DNA of 64,000 nt, taken from assembly GCA_013239625.1 (NCBI GenBank), contig MU053881.1, forward strand, positions 7,649,957 to 7,713,956. Direction: 5' to 3'. The position numbers and the translations under genes are program-made. A model generated the notes under the pieces. The model worked only from the letters and a program-made list of their open reading frames with translations. It did not search any database and was not told where the DNA came from. The DNA comes from Lama guanicoe. Lineage: Eukaryota. Of this stretch, positions 41,115 to 55,127 are shown one piece after another. How positions within the stretch are numbered: position 1 is the first letter of the stretch; every line of letters begins with the position of its first letter.

Positions 41115-41992
41115 TTTTCTTTTTTCTTTATTTTTTAATTGAAGTATAATCAATTTACAATGTGTCAGTCTCTAGTATACAGCATGGTGACTCAGTTATA
41201 CACACACACACACATATATATATGTATTCTTTTCATGATGAGTTACTACAAAATATTGAATGTAGTTCTCTGTGCTATACAGTAAGACCTTGTTGTTGAT
41301 CTATTTTATATGTAGTAGTTAGTATCTGCAAATCCCAGATTCTCAATTTATCCTCCCCTGACCTATAACCATAAGTTTGTTTTCTATGTCTATGAATCTG
41401 TTTCCATTTTGTAAATAAGTTCATTTGTGTCATTTTTTAGATTCCATATATAAATGATATCATATGGTATTTGTCTTCCTCTTTCTGGCTTACTTCACTT
41501 AGTATGATAATCTCTCAGTCCATCCATGTTGCTGCAAATGACATTATTTCATGCCTTTTTTATGGCTGAGTAGTAGTCTGTTATAACCACACCTTCTTTA
41601 TCCAATGATCTGTTAATGGACACCTTGGTTGTTTTTATGTCTTGACTATTTTAAATAGTGCTGCTAGGAACATTGGGGTTCATGTATTTTTTCAAATGAG
41701 AGTTTCCTCCAGATATATGCCCAGGAGTGGGATTGCTGGATCATAGGATAAGTCTATTTTTAGTTTTTTAAGAAATCTCCATACTGTTTTCCACAATAGC
41801 TGCACCAAATTACATTCCCACCAACAGTATAGGAGGGTTCCCTTTCCTCCACATGCTCTCCAGCTTCTATCATTTGTGGGTTTTTTAATGATGGCCATTC
41901 TGACTGGTGTGTGGTAATATCTCATTGTAGTCTTGACTTGCATTTCTCTGATAATTAGCAGTATTGAACATCTTTTCATATACCTGTTGGCC
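41115..41992 (-). mobile_element. Younger 5'-truncated L1 (same type as 37068-38401)
   Basis: T-tail, then ttgaagtataatcaatttacaatg... The minus-strand ORF 41692-41997 reads as the L1 ORF2 C-terminus (KKCS-like [31 protein letters not shown]...[21 protein letters not shown]). Confidence 0.92.
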
Positions 41993-42540
41993 AACACGTG
42001 GGGATCACTGTTGACCTTGGTGAGGGGTTTCCAGTGGCGTGATGGAAGAGGAGCACTGGTGGCAGCCTACATAGAAAACTTGTTCAAAGTGGAGCAAAGT
42101 TGGGGGTGGATATTGAAGTAGAGTCAAGAAGAATTTTCTTCTTTTTTAATGGGAGAGACAACAGTCCTTTTTATGCTGAAGGGAAAGCTCAGTAGAGAAA
42201 TGTAATTACACAGAAGAGAGAGAAGAGAATTTCTAGAATGGTCACGGAAGAGAGGGGTATAGAATCTGGTGCACAGATGGGAGGGGCTTAACTTTAGATG
42301 GGGATATGGATGGTTCACACACAGGTGAGCACGCAAAGAGAAGTCTAAGGATGGAAATTTTAGTAAGTGGCTAGCTGTGGTGGAATCTAGAGAAGCAGAG
42401 ATCTCTTGATTGCTTCAGTTTTCTCCGTGATGTAGGAGCCCGATTCAGAGACACAGACGAGGAGAGGTGTAGAGAAGGAAGACACGGAGTGGGAGAGGGA
42501 GGAGGGGAGAGGCTCTCTCAGTGGTTTGAGTAGAAGGAGG
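41993..42540 (-). mobile_element. L2 fragment
   Basis: gatcactgttgaccttggtgaggggtttccagtgg...cttgattgcttcagttttctc. Confidence 0.6.
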
Positions 42541-43399
42541 ATGTGAAAGTCACATATATCTTTGAGCCTCACTTATATTAAGGACAAGAATTCATAAATT
42601 GCACAGGTTTTGTGAGGGTTGGCAATAATATTAAAAAAAACAGGGTTCAAATCTCATAGTTGCCATCATCATATCTACACATCGGTGTATGTATCTGCTT
42701 CTCTCTCAGGCTCTCAGTTCTCTGAGAATACAAATCATGTGGTGCTTTTTTCTTTGGATGCTACCTAGAAAAGTATGAACTCCATTCGCTATCTTAGTTT
42801 TTTTAATTGTAAGAAACTAGAACAAAAAAGGCAACTAGAGGAAAGAAAGAAGTCACTCGTAATTCTACCACTTCTCGTTGATGTTTTGCTTTTTTCATGC
42901 TGACTTTTATTCCAGTCTCCTCATAGCTAGACATCACATAAACAGCCAACATCACATATTACTTTTTTCATGTAACATTATGTATTAAGCATTTTCCATA
43001 ATGTTAATCTTCAAAATCATCATTTCAATAAGTGCATATTTTTTCATGTATACATTCATGTGAATGAATGTATTAAATTTTATACAACAATTTAAAATTG
43101 GACATTTGTTTCAAATATGTTATTAGAATTTATTATTATGAATGCCTTAGAGCATATTTGAACATAACTGAGGAGTTCATAATAAAGCTGCCTACCATTT
43201 AACTACTGGTTACTGACTACCAGTTACGGAGTACTGTGCTAATGATTCTTCATACATCTCATTTGATGACCTCAATGGAAGAAAAAGTAATTTTTGTATT
43301 TATATACTTCAGCATATATAAAAGCTTTTAAATGCCATAAAAATACTCTTGAGCTGACTCATCCTAACTAGATTTTAATATGTAGCCATATTTTAGAAT

Positions 43400-43810
43400 A
43401 TTCTGAAGAAATAAAATATCACAGAGTTGAAGCTTTTTATCCCATTGCCCTCCCTGCTTCCCCATAGGTGACTACTATCCAGAATTCAGTGTTTACATCC
43501 CTGTTTCTTTTCTAAGTACTTTGTTCACATGAATGTGTCAATAAGGAACATACAGTATTGAATCTGTTTGTTTCAAGTTTTATATAAATGGCCTAATACT
43601 TCACATAGCATTTTTGAACTTCATTTTTCACTTGTTTTTAAAAGTGCATTTATGTTGATATGTGATGTTTTCATTGATTTAAACAGCTGCATATTTTCCA
43701 CTGTATATATAATCACAATTTATTATCCATTATGTTGGTAGACACTTGGGTTTCCAATAATTTGCATTTGCAAGCAATGCTCTAATTGTCATCTTTTTTC
43801 ACGTATGCCC
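43400..43810 (-). mobile_element. L1ME-type 3' fragment
   Basis: ttttatataaatggcctaatact...cacaatttattatccattatgttggtagacacttgggtttcc. Confidence 0.65.
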
Positions 43811-44674
43811 TAAGATTTGGAATTGCAGAGTTCTTAAGCATATGTATCTAGATGTGAAATTAAGTAGTCTAGAATGGTGTTTGGGAATCTGTACAGTTTA
43901 AAGGCTCCCCAGAGCTTTTGGTGTGTAGCTGGGGATGAGAACCGCTGCTCTAGATTTTATCCTTTTCAGGTACAGTTAACTTATCCCCACCTCTTCACTT
44001 TATAAATGTTGAGTTAGAGGCATAAAATCCTGATTGCTAAGGATGCTGCCTCAGTGCTTTGGGGCTGACAGATCTTAAGAGCGGCTGTGGATATCTGTGT
44101 ATACGGTCTCTCTGAAGAGGGATTTCAAAGCAGACTGGTCACCGGTCACTAAATGACACCTTTGCAATTCAGCTGCCACCTCTGTCTATGCTTTTACCTG
44201 TGGAAGGGAAGAATCAAAACATAAGCCAAACAAACTTAGCTAGGACTAACACGAGCCAAACAAGCTCAGCTTGGGCTGGGATGGCAAATCATTCTTAACT
44301 TACCTGCCGGTGGTAATCAGTTGCTGGAAGCTGCCTCAGCAGAACAATGAGAATAATTATGAAGACTGCCTCTGTGGTGAAGATTGCTGTGATTGATTAG
44401 TGATGTCTGCCATGGATTGGCTATCAGTGGTCAGACAGGTGAGGTGCATAACTGGTGTCTACTTGGAACCTAAAAAAAATAGACTCTTTCTGCCTCTTGT
44501 ATTAAATGTTATACTCTTTAAGTATTATACAAGTTACCAGTACATATGGAGCATAATAATAGATGCTTGTTATAAATGTATTTTGTCTTTTTTTTTTATC
44601 ACTGATACAGAATGGCAGATGATAATCAAAGGAATGACTTAGAAATCAGGGCCAGAATAATATTTCCATGGAAA

Positions 44675-47600
44675 TGATTTTAATTTGCACTTTCCCTAAT
44701 GACTAATGACTTTTTAGTTTCTTTTCATGTGTTTGCCATCTATATGTCTTCTTTGTACAGTGTCTATTTTAGCATTTACCCATTTTTATCAAGTCTCTTA
44801 TCTTGCTGAATTTAGAGAGGTTTTTTTTTTATATTCTGTACACAAAGCCATTATCAGATAGGTGTCATTTATCTTTAATATTCTTAACAATCTCTTTCAA
44901 AGTACATACGTTTTTAATTTTAATCAAGTTCAGCTGATCCATTTCTTGTTATGGTCTGTGCTTTTTGTGACTTATCTGAGAAATTTTGGCCTAACTCAAG
45001 ATCAAAAAGATTTTCTCCTATGTCTTCTTCTAGAATTTTTTTTATATATGTAACACCTACACTTAGATACAGACCATTTCAAGTTAATTTTGATTTGGTG
45101 TAGGAAAAAGATCAAGGCTGTTTACTTATTTAGCATATAAATGGCTAATTTTTCCAGCACCCATTGCTGAAAAGATTATCTTTTATCCATTGAATTACCC
45201 TGGCACTTGGGTTGAAAATCAGTAACCATGTATATGTGAGTCTATTTCTGAACTCCTGATTCTGTCCCTTTGTTCCATGTGTCTCTCTTTTAGCCAGTAC
45301 TGCAATATCTTGATTACTGTTATCTTTATAGTAATGGGTAATGTGAGTCCTCCAACTTTGTTCTTCTTATTCAAAATTACCTATTTCCGCAATTTTACTT
45401 CCTTTGCTTTTCTGTATAAATTTTAGAATTACCCTGTCAACTTCTACCCCAAAAAAATCATGTTGGGATTTTGATTGGGATTGCATTGAATGTGTAGAAT
45501 TGACATCTTAAGAGTGAATTTTCCAATCCATGAGCACAGTTATATTTGTCCATTTATAAGGTCTTCTTGGTTTCTCTCATCAACATTTGGTCATTGTGAG
45601 CATTTAATTCTTTAGCCTCTTAAGTATTTCATGTTTTTAATGCTATTATAAATGGTACTGTTTTTATAATTTCAATTTCCAGCATTCTTTTCTAGTATCT
45701 AAAAAAATTGATTTTCATATTTTGACCGTATATCCTGCAACCGTATTAAACCACTTATTGGTAGATCTTTAGGATTTCCTATGTAGACAATCATGTTGTC
45801 AATGAGTAGAGGTTTATATCTTCCTTTCAAATCTGCACATCTTTTCTTTTTTTTTTTCATAAGATTCATTGGTAGGATCTCCAGCATGTTGTTGAAATGA
45901 GCAATGAGATCAAACATCATTGCCTTGTTCCAAATTTAAGGAGAAAAGCATTTATTTTTTCATATATGTATATCTATATATCAGCTGTAAAGACTTTTAT
46001 AGGTGTCCTTTATCAGATTGGGCATATTTCCTTTTTCTCCAAGTTTTCAGAGAAATTTTAACATGAATAGACATGAAATTTCATCCACGGTTCTTTCTGC
46101 ATATATCATATGGTCATCTCCTTTTTTTTTTTAAACTCTATTTATTTAGTAAATTACATTGATTAATTTTCAAGCGTTGAACTAACTTTACATACCTGGG
46201 GCAAACTTCTCTTGGGCATGTATTGTCTTTTCAGTTTGCTGCTGAATTTCATTTTCTAATTTTGTTAAAGATTTTTGGGTTAATTTTTATGAGGGAGATT
46301 GGTATATAATTTTTATTTCTTAATAATGTCTTTGGCTTTGGTATCAGAGTAATTCTGATCTCATTAATGAGCTGGAAAGTGTTGTCTCCTGTTTTCTGGA
46401 AGAGTTTGTGTAAATTTGGTCATATTTGCCATTGAAACCATCTAACCTGGGTTCTCTTTGTGGGAAGGTTTTTAAACTATTAATTGAATTTTTTAACAGA
46501 TGGAGGGTTAGTTAGGTAATTTACTTCTTCTTGAGTGAGCTTTCATAGTTTGTATCTTTCAAGGAATTCATTCATTCCACCTAAGTTATCAAATGTTTGC
46601 CGTAAAAGCTTTCCATAAGATTCTATTATACTTTTCACGTTAGTTGGCTCTACAGAGGTGTCCCCTGTTTCATTCCTGATATTGACCATTTATGTCTTCT
46701 TTCTTTCATTATTATTCTGGCTAGAATTTTTAAAATTTATCTTTGCAAAGAACCAATATTGATTTTATTGCTTTTCTCTATTACATTCTTGTTTCAATTT
46801 TAGTGATTTCTACTCTTTAGTATTTCCTTCTGTTTATTTTGGGTTTGGCATGCCCTTCTTTATCTAATGTCTTAAGGTAGAAGCTTAAGTTATTTTTTTC
46901 CCTAATATAAGCGTTTAGTGCCAAAATGTTCCCTCTGAACACTGCTTTAGCTTCATTCCATAAATGTTTGTATGTTGTGTTCTCATTTTTATTCAGTTAA
47001 AAATATTTTCTAATTTCTCTTGTGATTTCTTCTCTAACATGATTTACTTAGAAGAGTGATGTTTAATTTTCAGAATTTTTGATGATTTTCCACATATCCT
47101 TGTGTCTTTGGTTTCTAGTTTAATTCTGTTGTGATCAGAGAATATTTTTTATATCCCTTGAGCCTTTTCAAATTATTGAACCTTGCTTTTGGTCCAGATT
47201 GTGGTTTATCTTGATGAGTGTTCCAAGTTGAAAATAATGTGTACTCTATTATTATTCTGTGACAAATTCTTTAAATATCAATTAAGCTTGTTTGGTTTCT
47301 AGTGTTTTTCAAGACTTGTATGCATATCCTTGTGACTTCGTGTCTGCTTGTTCTAGCAATACTGAGGTAGAAGTGTTGATACTTGTAACCGTAATTGTGG
47401 GCTGGTATATTTCTTCTTTAAGTTCTACTAGTTTGTTTTCATGTATTTTGAAGCTCTGTTGTTGGATGCATCCACATTTAGGATTGTTATGTCCTTTAGT
47501 GAATTGACCCTTTTTTCATGATAAAAATTTCCCTCTTTATCCAGGTAAATAATGATTATATTAAAATTTACTTTGTCTAATATTAGTATAGTCACTCTGG

Positions 47601-50080
47601 CTTTCTTTGACCAGTATGCTCATACTGTACTCTTTTCCATTCTTTTAATTTTAATCTCTTTGTGTCTTTAGATTTAAAGTGAATTTCCTATAGACATCAT
47701 CCAGTGGGATCTTACTTTTTCAATCTAGTCTGACAAATCTCTGACTTTAATTGAATTGTTTAGATCATTTATACGTAATGTAATTATTGCTATATGGGAT
47801 TAAATCTACCATCTTAGTATTTGTTTTCCATTTGTCCCATCTGTTCTTTCTTCCATTTTTTTCCCTATTTTCTTATCTATTTTAGATGCAGTGAGAATTT
47901 TTTAATGATTTCATTTTATTTCCCCTATTGGCTTTTAGCTATGTATCTTTCTTTTACTTTGTGATGGTTTCCCTAGGGTTTCCAACATATATTTTCACTT
48001 TATCTTAGTCTATCTTCAAATAATATGATACCACTTTACCTATAGTATAATAACCTTACAACAGTATACCTTTATTACCTTCCTCCTGTCCTTTGTGTTA
48101 TTATTTTCATATACTTTATTTCTACATGTTATAATCCCCTTGGTACACTGTTATTATTTAATTTAAGCAATTATCTTTTTTGGAAGATTTATTGAGGCAT
48201 AATTTACATACAATAAAAATCACCCATTTTAAATCCACTTTGATGAATTTCAGTAAATTTACAGTTCTGGAACTATCATGACAATCCAACCTTGGAACAT
48301 CCCCAGAAGTTCCTTTATATCCATTAGCCCACTGCCCATCTCACCCTACTCCCAGCCTCAGGAAACCACTGATTTACCTCCTGTATTTATTAGTTTTTGT
48401 TTTCTTTATATTTAATATAAATGAAATCCTACATCTTTGGATCTTGCTTCTTACACTTAACATGTTTTTGAGTTTCATATACATCATTGTATATATCAGG
48501 AGTTTGTTCCTTTTAATTAGTAGTATTCCATTATATAGATATATTACTTACAGTTTTTTATCTAATCATCAGTTGATAGACATGTAGTTGTATTCTAATT
48601 TTTGGCTGTTATGAATAATATCACTATACTGGGTTTTTTTTGTAGATATATGTTTTTCTTTCTCTTTGGTAGGCATTTAGGAAGAGAATTACTGGGTCAC
48701 ATGATAGGTATATGTTTAATTTTTAAGAAACTGCCAAACTGTTTTCCAAAGCGGCTGTACCATTTTTATTTCTACTATCAATGAACGAGTGTTCTAGTTT
48801 CTCCACATCCTTGTCAAAGCTTAGTAATTTCAGTCTTTTTGGTGTTGACCAGTCTAGTGGCTATATATAGTCATGGCTTGTGATTTTAATTTACATTTCT
48901 TTATGACTAAGGATTTTCAGCATCTTCCTCCATGTGTCCATTTGTTATTGGTGTCTCTTCCCATATCTTCTTTGATGAAATGTCTCTTAAGGTCTTTTGC
49001 CTATTTTCAATATGGCCATTTGTCTTTTAATTATGGAGTTGTAAGACTCTTTGTATAAAATACATCCTGAATGCAAGAACTTTTGTTGGCTCTTACCTGC
49101 TGTTATTCCCATCCAGTACATTTTCATTTTAGACACTGTGTTTTACAGCTCTAGACGTTCCATTTGATTCTTTTTATAGCTTCAATGTTTCCCCTACCTC
49201 CTAAATATATCAAGTATATTTATAATTTATAAGTATAATTGTCTTAATTATATCATCTCTACCATTTCTGGGTCTGTTTCTATTGATTTCAATTTTTTCC
49301 CTCTTGTAAATCATATTTTCAGGCTTCTTTGTGTTCCTGGTAATATTTTACTAGATGGCAGTCATTGTGAAATTTACATTGTTAGGACCTCATTTTTTGT
49401 TGTTGTTGTTTTTGTTTTTGTTTTAGTATGAAACTTGGCTCTATCTCACACTTGAATGGAACATGGAATCAGTTGAATCCTTTTGAGATTGTTTTTAAGC
49501 TTTTCTTAGGTGCATCCAATGTGTCTTTAGCTCTACCACAAAGGTAATACTCTTCTGAAGTTTCTACCCAATGGCCTGCATATTATGAGGGACTTTCTCT
49601 GCGGCCAGTGGAAACACTTAATTCCCAGTCCTGTTTAAAGTCTTGGAATTAGAGTCATGCTACTACTCTCTGGGGATTCTTCCCCCAGCCTCATGTAGTT
49701 TTCCCTCACAAATAGAGACTCAGAGGACCCTCTCTGTAGGTTCTTGGACTCTGGAACTCTCTTTTGTTCAGCTCCCACTTCTCAGGATGCAGTCTCAGAA
49801 CTCGAGAGTCACTGGCCTCTCCAATCTCAGTCTCTTCAACTTAAGAGAGAATGCTGAGTTCTCCTCCCTGTGCTTTAGCCTGGAAATTATCTCTAGGCTG
49901 TAAGATAGCACAATTGTACTGCTCACCTCATTTATTTCTCATTTCAGGGAGCACACTCATGCACTTCTTATTTTCCAGTGTTTAAAATCCACCTTTTTTA
50001 TACACTGTGTCCAGTTGTCTATGTGTTTAAGATGAGAAGGTAAATCCAGTTCCTGTTACTGTATCATAGCTAGAAGTTTT
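44675..50080 (-). mobile_element. Long, old L1M relic (ORF2 towards the 5' region) with a nested L1 3' end at about 48175-49080
   Basis: Continuous antisense L1 ORF2-like sequence (tttccagcacccattgctgaaaaga, cattgccttgttccaaatttaaggagaaaagc, ttccctctgaacactgctttagc), heavily decayed. Confidence 0.85.
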
Positions 50081-50084
50081 AGAT

Positions 50085-52085
50085 GAAAAGAATGATATGA
50101 TCTTGCATATATTTTAACATTATGAGGCTACTGGGTTAAAGGTTGATTACAGAAAGCACAGAATGACAGAGGCAAAGAATTAATAGGCTATTACTATAAT
50201 CCAGGCCATAAATGACAATCACTTGTGGTCATGCTAGACATGAAATAAAATGGTAGAATTCTGGACTTGAAGAAAAAGTAAACAGGATTTCTTGATTGTT
50301 TGGATGTTGAGTATAAAAGGAAAAGGAAATGAAGGATGGCTCAAATAATTTTGGCTTAAGTAACTAGAAGAATGGGGAGGTCATTGAAAAGAACAGTTCA
50401 GTAGAGTGTTGAGAAGAAATTCTGACAGGGGTGGATCAAAGATAAAATGAGAAGGGAGGAACTGGACACAATGAGGAGAGATAGCTCTCTCAAGGAGTTT
50501 AGTCAATCACATTCCATCTCTCAAGGGACTCACAATCTAGTTGGGGAAGAAGGGAGATGTGTAAAGAGATAATTACATTGGTGTAAGGTGTGCAGTAATA
50601 GAGATTTCTTTAGCCTCAGATCAAATGAGTAAGTCTGTAATATTAAAAAATATAGTCTGGGATATTAAAAAAGAAAGTATAAAATACTTCATAGAGGTGG
50701 TGATGCCTGAGCTGCGTGGTGAAGGACCGGGAAAATTTCACCAGAGGGAGGAGGTGGGCAAGGGTATTGCAGAAGGAGGGAAGAACATGGGATAAGACAA
50801 CAGGTAGCAAACATCTCAACACATTGAGGAAAGGTTAATTCTCCATGGTTCAGCCTAAGGTAGGAATGAGGATTCATGAAGAAATGAAGCAAGAGATAAA
50901 GACAGAAACAAGTTAGTTGACAGAGACCCTTCTTTACCATATATATACTTCAGGCTTCATTCTGTAAATAGTGGAAATGCCTCTAAGCTCTGAATGTGAC
51001 TGGAGGAGTTGAAGAGGAAAACCACTTAAAGGAGCTGGGTAAGAACCACTGAGGCCTGAACAAAGCCAAGGAGCTGTAGCATTGTGGGTAGGACCTCACA
51101 AAGTTTTAAGCTGAGGAATCAAGAGGTCTTGGCGAGCTGATGCATGGAATGAGTTAAGAGGAACAAAAGGAAGAGTTAAAAATGACTTTTAACATTTTGG
51201 CCTGGCCATTTGAGGAAATGGTGATGCCATTAGCTAAACTTGGGAAAACAGAAATTTGTACAGTAAAATATTTTGCATGCCTTCCCTAGGACTGAGTTTT
51301 CACTCAATGAGGTGATGGCTGTAAGGGTGGGTTAGAAGGGTTTTTAATCTCCTACCCTGGTGGTCTTCATCAGGTTTCCCTACTACCCACCAGTCACTTA
51401 GTACTTAAAAACTGTTGGAAAATATGAGGCTGCCTATACAAGCTAGCTTTAATACAGTTCTCTTAACTAGTTTTACCAGTTTGCTGTTTACAAATACTCC
51501 TGGAACTGCAGTAGAGTCCACGTCTGGTCAGATTAATCCAAAAGATTAGGCTTCTCTTCAGACACACAAATGATAGGGGTAATATCATTCATTGTTGTAC
51601 TGCACATAGACTGGAGTCAGTACAACGGTGAGGGAGAGAGAATTCTTATCTTCCCAGAATAGGTCTCCCTCCTGCTCTAGGATCTAGCCATAGCACCCAT
51701 CTTTATGTTCCTCCAGCTAGTCAAACTGTACTGTAGGGCTTTTACACGTGCTGTTTTGTCTCTTGGAACAGTGACCTAACCCACCCGATACCTTATTGTA
51801 TCATAGCTAGATTCTTCCTATCTTTTGAATCTCCTTCCTTAACCACTTTTTGGAACTACTGCTAGCCTCAATTAGTCTTTATCATACCACCCAATGAATT
51901 CCCTTTCCAACACCTTGTAATTTGTAATTATTTACTTTTTTGTTTACTTGCTTGTTTTACATCTGTTGCCCATACAAGACTTTATGAGAGTGGCAATCAT
52001 GTTTACTTTGTCTTCACTATACCATATATAATTTCTGCACCTAGAAAGTACTCAGTAAATACATGTTAAATGAATAAGTAACAAT
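50085..52085. mobile_element. Cluster of L2 fragments
   Basis: Purine-rich antisense L2 pieces at about 50085-51260 and a sense L2 3' end ending gtactcagtaaatacatgttaaatgaata near 52080. Confidence 0.6.
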
Positions 52086-52264
52086 TAAAAAGTAGAAAAT
52101 GAGGGTTATTTTTTAAAAACATTCATCAGTGAACCAACAGGAGAGTGTATTATTTTAGGATGGGAGGAATTTCCTGTTGTTTTTGAAATCATAGCACATA
52201 GATAGTAGCTTTCCCTAAGATTGATCCTGTGTGATTTAGGCAAACCTAACTGCCAAGATTACAT

Positions 52265-52700
52265 TAGTGTATCAGCCTGAGTCATAATGCTAATGGCGAT
52301 AATACATAATCCCAAAATCTCAGTGGAGGGTTTGGGTTTTTCTCATGTTCAAGACTGAATGTTTGACCACTGTCTTCTGTGTGGTAATTCAGGGATTCCA
52401 GTGGTTTTGGTTTTGTGTGTGTGTGTGACTCTACTATTCTCTCAATGACACTTTGGGATCCTTCACTGGATCCTCTCTATCCAGCCAACAGTCAAAGGGG
52501 GAAGTCTTGCCTGGATATGTAAGAGGTTTCAAAGACCAAGTCTGGAAGTGGTATACATCACTTCTACACACACTCTGTTGGTCAGAATGAAGCACATGGC
52601 CCCCGTGTAACTGCAGAGGAGGCTGAGGAATGTAGTCTTCCTTTGTGCCCAGCAAAAAGAAACTAGATCTGAGAGCATGAAGCCAGCCTCTGCTACAATA
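52265..52700 (-). mobile_element. MLT1-type LTR
   Basis: cccaaaatctcagtgg...gtctggaagtggtatacatcacttc...taactgcagaggaggctgaggaatgtagtc. Confidence 0.7.
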
Positions 52701-54564
52701 GGGGACTTCATCTGGTTACTGTGAGGATTATAGAGTTCATGGATGCAAAAGTCTCAGAATAGCACCCAGCACATCAGGGACATCCATGATTCCAGGTAAG
52801 TTGCAAGAGGAGTTTCTCTGAGTTTGCACTAATCACTGCTTGCTAAACAAGCGTGATATTCTAAAGTTTCTGTCAAACCCAACAGCTGGCTGGAGAGTTT
52901 TGTGAGCCCCAGTGCCCAGGAAGGCTAGCCAAAGATGCAGGTGCCACCGCCAAGTCTGTGCAGCACATCCTCATGCTTTGTTTAATTTGGTTCCCTGGGT
53001 GGGATGAGTTTTATGAGCAGGTGTTCCGGTTAATTAGGTGATTAATACTCCTCAAATTGGAGAGCCATTTCCCCAGTGACAGTCCTTGCTTTGCTCAAAT
53101 ATGAGACAAATCTTTATTGTATAGTTTGGAGAGGCACGTGATCACACCCATCTGCCTGCCAGGCCTCTCAGGTCAGCACTCTGGCTGACCCCACATCTGG
53201 CTGAGTCACCATTTCGATGTACCAGTTTAGGGGAACAAAATTTCCCCAGATCATCTGACCTCCTCTCAGATCAGGGCAAAGTTGATCTGGGGGCACATCA
53301 TTAGTTCCCTGCTGGGGATTCCAATCTGTATCATCTGTCAAGGTCAGAGTCATTGCCTCTGCACAGAGCCCTCCAACTTCTACAGCAAGGTGACTAAGCT
53401 ACCTCCAAAGGCAAATCAGGCATCAGAACTCTTTTTCTGAAATTTGCTCTCTGATGGATAGAAATCTTGCCCCAAACTCTCATATACCACATTCCCAATG
53501 CCCTCTCCCCAACCCCATACACCGTTCTATTCCTGCCTCCTTGTCTTTGCTTCCCTCGGGGCAAAGACCCCTTTCCTTCCCATGGATTTCATCAAATCTA
53601 TGCATCTTTCAAAAGCCAAATGGTATTCCTCAGCCCTTCCAATTCATCTTGAAGTGATTTTTCCCTTTTTAGAATTTTCATAGCAATTGCTGTATGACCC
53701 ACGTCAATTAGCATTTAATTATATGCCGTATATTTTCTCTTCTTTCATATATCTTGATTTTGTCTTCCTAACTGGATTGTTGGCAGAGTGGGCTGTGTTT
53801 ACACCTGGACATATATGAAGTTCCCAATAAATGGTTGTTTGATTGCTAAATTAAGTTAAATGCCACTTTATACTTCTGGAAAATGGTTCAAATTCATTCC
53901 GCTATACCAGCTTGAGCCACACAGTTGAAAATATGACCACTCACTCCTGTTCCTCACATGTTGCAGCTTTATAATCACAGAGGGACCAGATCTCTTTCTC
54001 CAGTTCTAGTTAGAAAAATCCTAGGGAAAACTCTGATTTGCTCATTTCAGCCATGTGGTGAACTGCTTAAACATCAGTCTTCAGGGAGACAAGATTGTAT
54101 AAGAACAAGAAAATTCTGAACCTCAATCACATAGTTGGAGTAAATGAACAAGTAATAGTTGTCTACTACAGATGTATCTGGATTTTGGAAGGTTCTCTCT
54201 ATCTTCTCCAAGACAGGTTATTTGAAAATTAGGTATTCATTCATCAAACCTTTATCTAGTAGGAGTGGATTCTGCTCCTTGGGGAGGCTCAATAGATTAA
54301 CTGTCAATAAACCTTTATTGTTCATTCTTAGAGGACCGAGAAGGAAGCCTTTCATTGAAAAATATGGTCTGATTGATGGTACCTTTCCCTTAACCCTGTT
54401 CTCTAGAAATGACCTAAAATTCACATCCATTGGTTGTTCTCTTTCCCAGGAGGATTTAATAGGGATTATAGTCTTAATTTCATATTGGAGTTTTCATCAT
54501 CTCTCTCCCTCTCTTCCTGTTCACCTACTCTTTAGAGACCTGCTTTGGTGGCTCAAGGAGGTAG

Positions 54565-54995
54565 TGTGTTTTTTTTCAGGGTCCCTGAAATGAATGACAC
54601 AATTCAAAGGAGTAACTGAAGAAAGTTTAATAAATGGACTGTTCAGAAAGGTGAGGCAAGGGTTAAGGACACAACAAGGGATGGGGACTGCACAAGATTT
54701 AGCATCAACAGGATTACTCCTACCCTCCAAAGAGGCAAGGGATGGGACTGGGAGTTGGAGGACAGGCCTGGAGGACATGAATTATGACCGTCAGCAGAGA
54801 AAGGCAGCCACTGCCAAACTGGAACCCTTGTGGAGGGAGCCTTGGCCTCGCTCCCTCCAGCTGCCTGACATTCTGCTGGTTCCCCACATGCCAGACCCAA
54901 GGGAGTGCAGGGGATACAGTCCATGAAGGTCAGCCTCCTCGTGAGTAGAGCCAGGTGACAGTGGGCAGAGAATGATCTGGACAGTCCATTAGAGA
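54565..54995. mobile_element. LTR16-family LTR, opposite orientation to the 29.6-kb copy
   Basis: gaaagtttaataaatggactgttcagaaaggtgaggcaagggttaagg...acaagggatgg is reverse-complement-similar to the 29870-29900 segment. Confidence 0.6.
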
Positions 54996-55089
54996 ATGAC
55001 CAGCATAAATGTTAAGTTTCAATGGAGTGGGAGCAAACGTATCAGAATGAGGAAGAATGTGTATTGTTAGCAAAAAACTCTCCCAGATA

Positions 55090-55127
55090 TTCTGGAAGAA
55101 TGTAACTTCTGGAAGAATGTAACTTCT
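55090..55127 (+). repeat. 17-bp tandem duplication
   Basis: (ttctggaagaatgtaac)x2 followed by ttct. Confidence 0.95.

Noticed and set aside
44223..44274. Imperfect 30-bp-period direct repeat (agccaaacaa...agct)
   Set aside because: Only two degenerate copies and no spacer-array structure.
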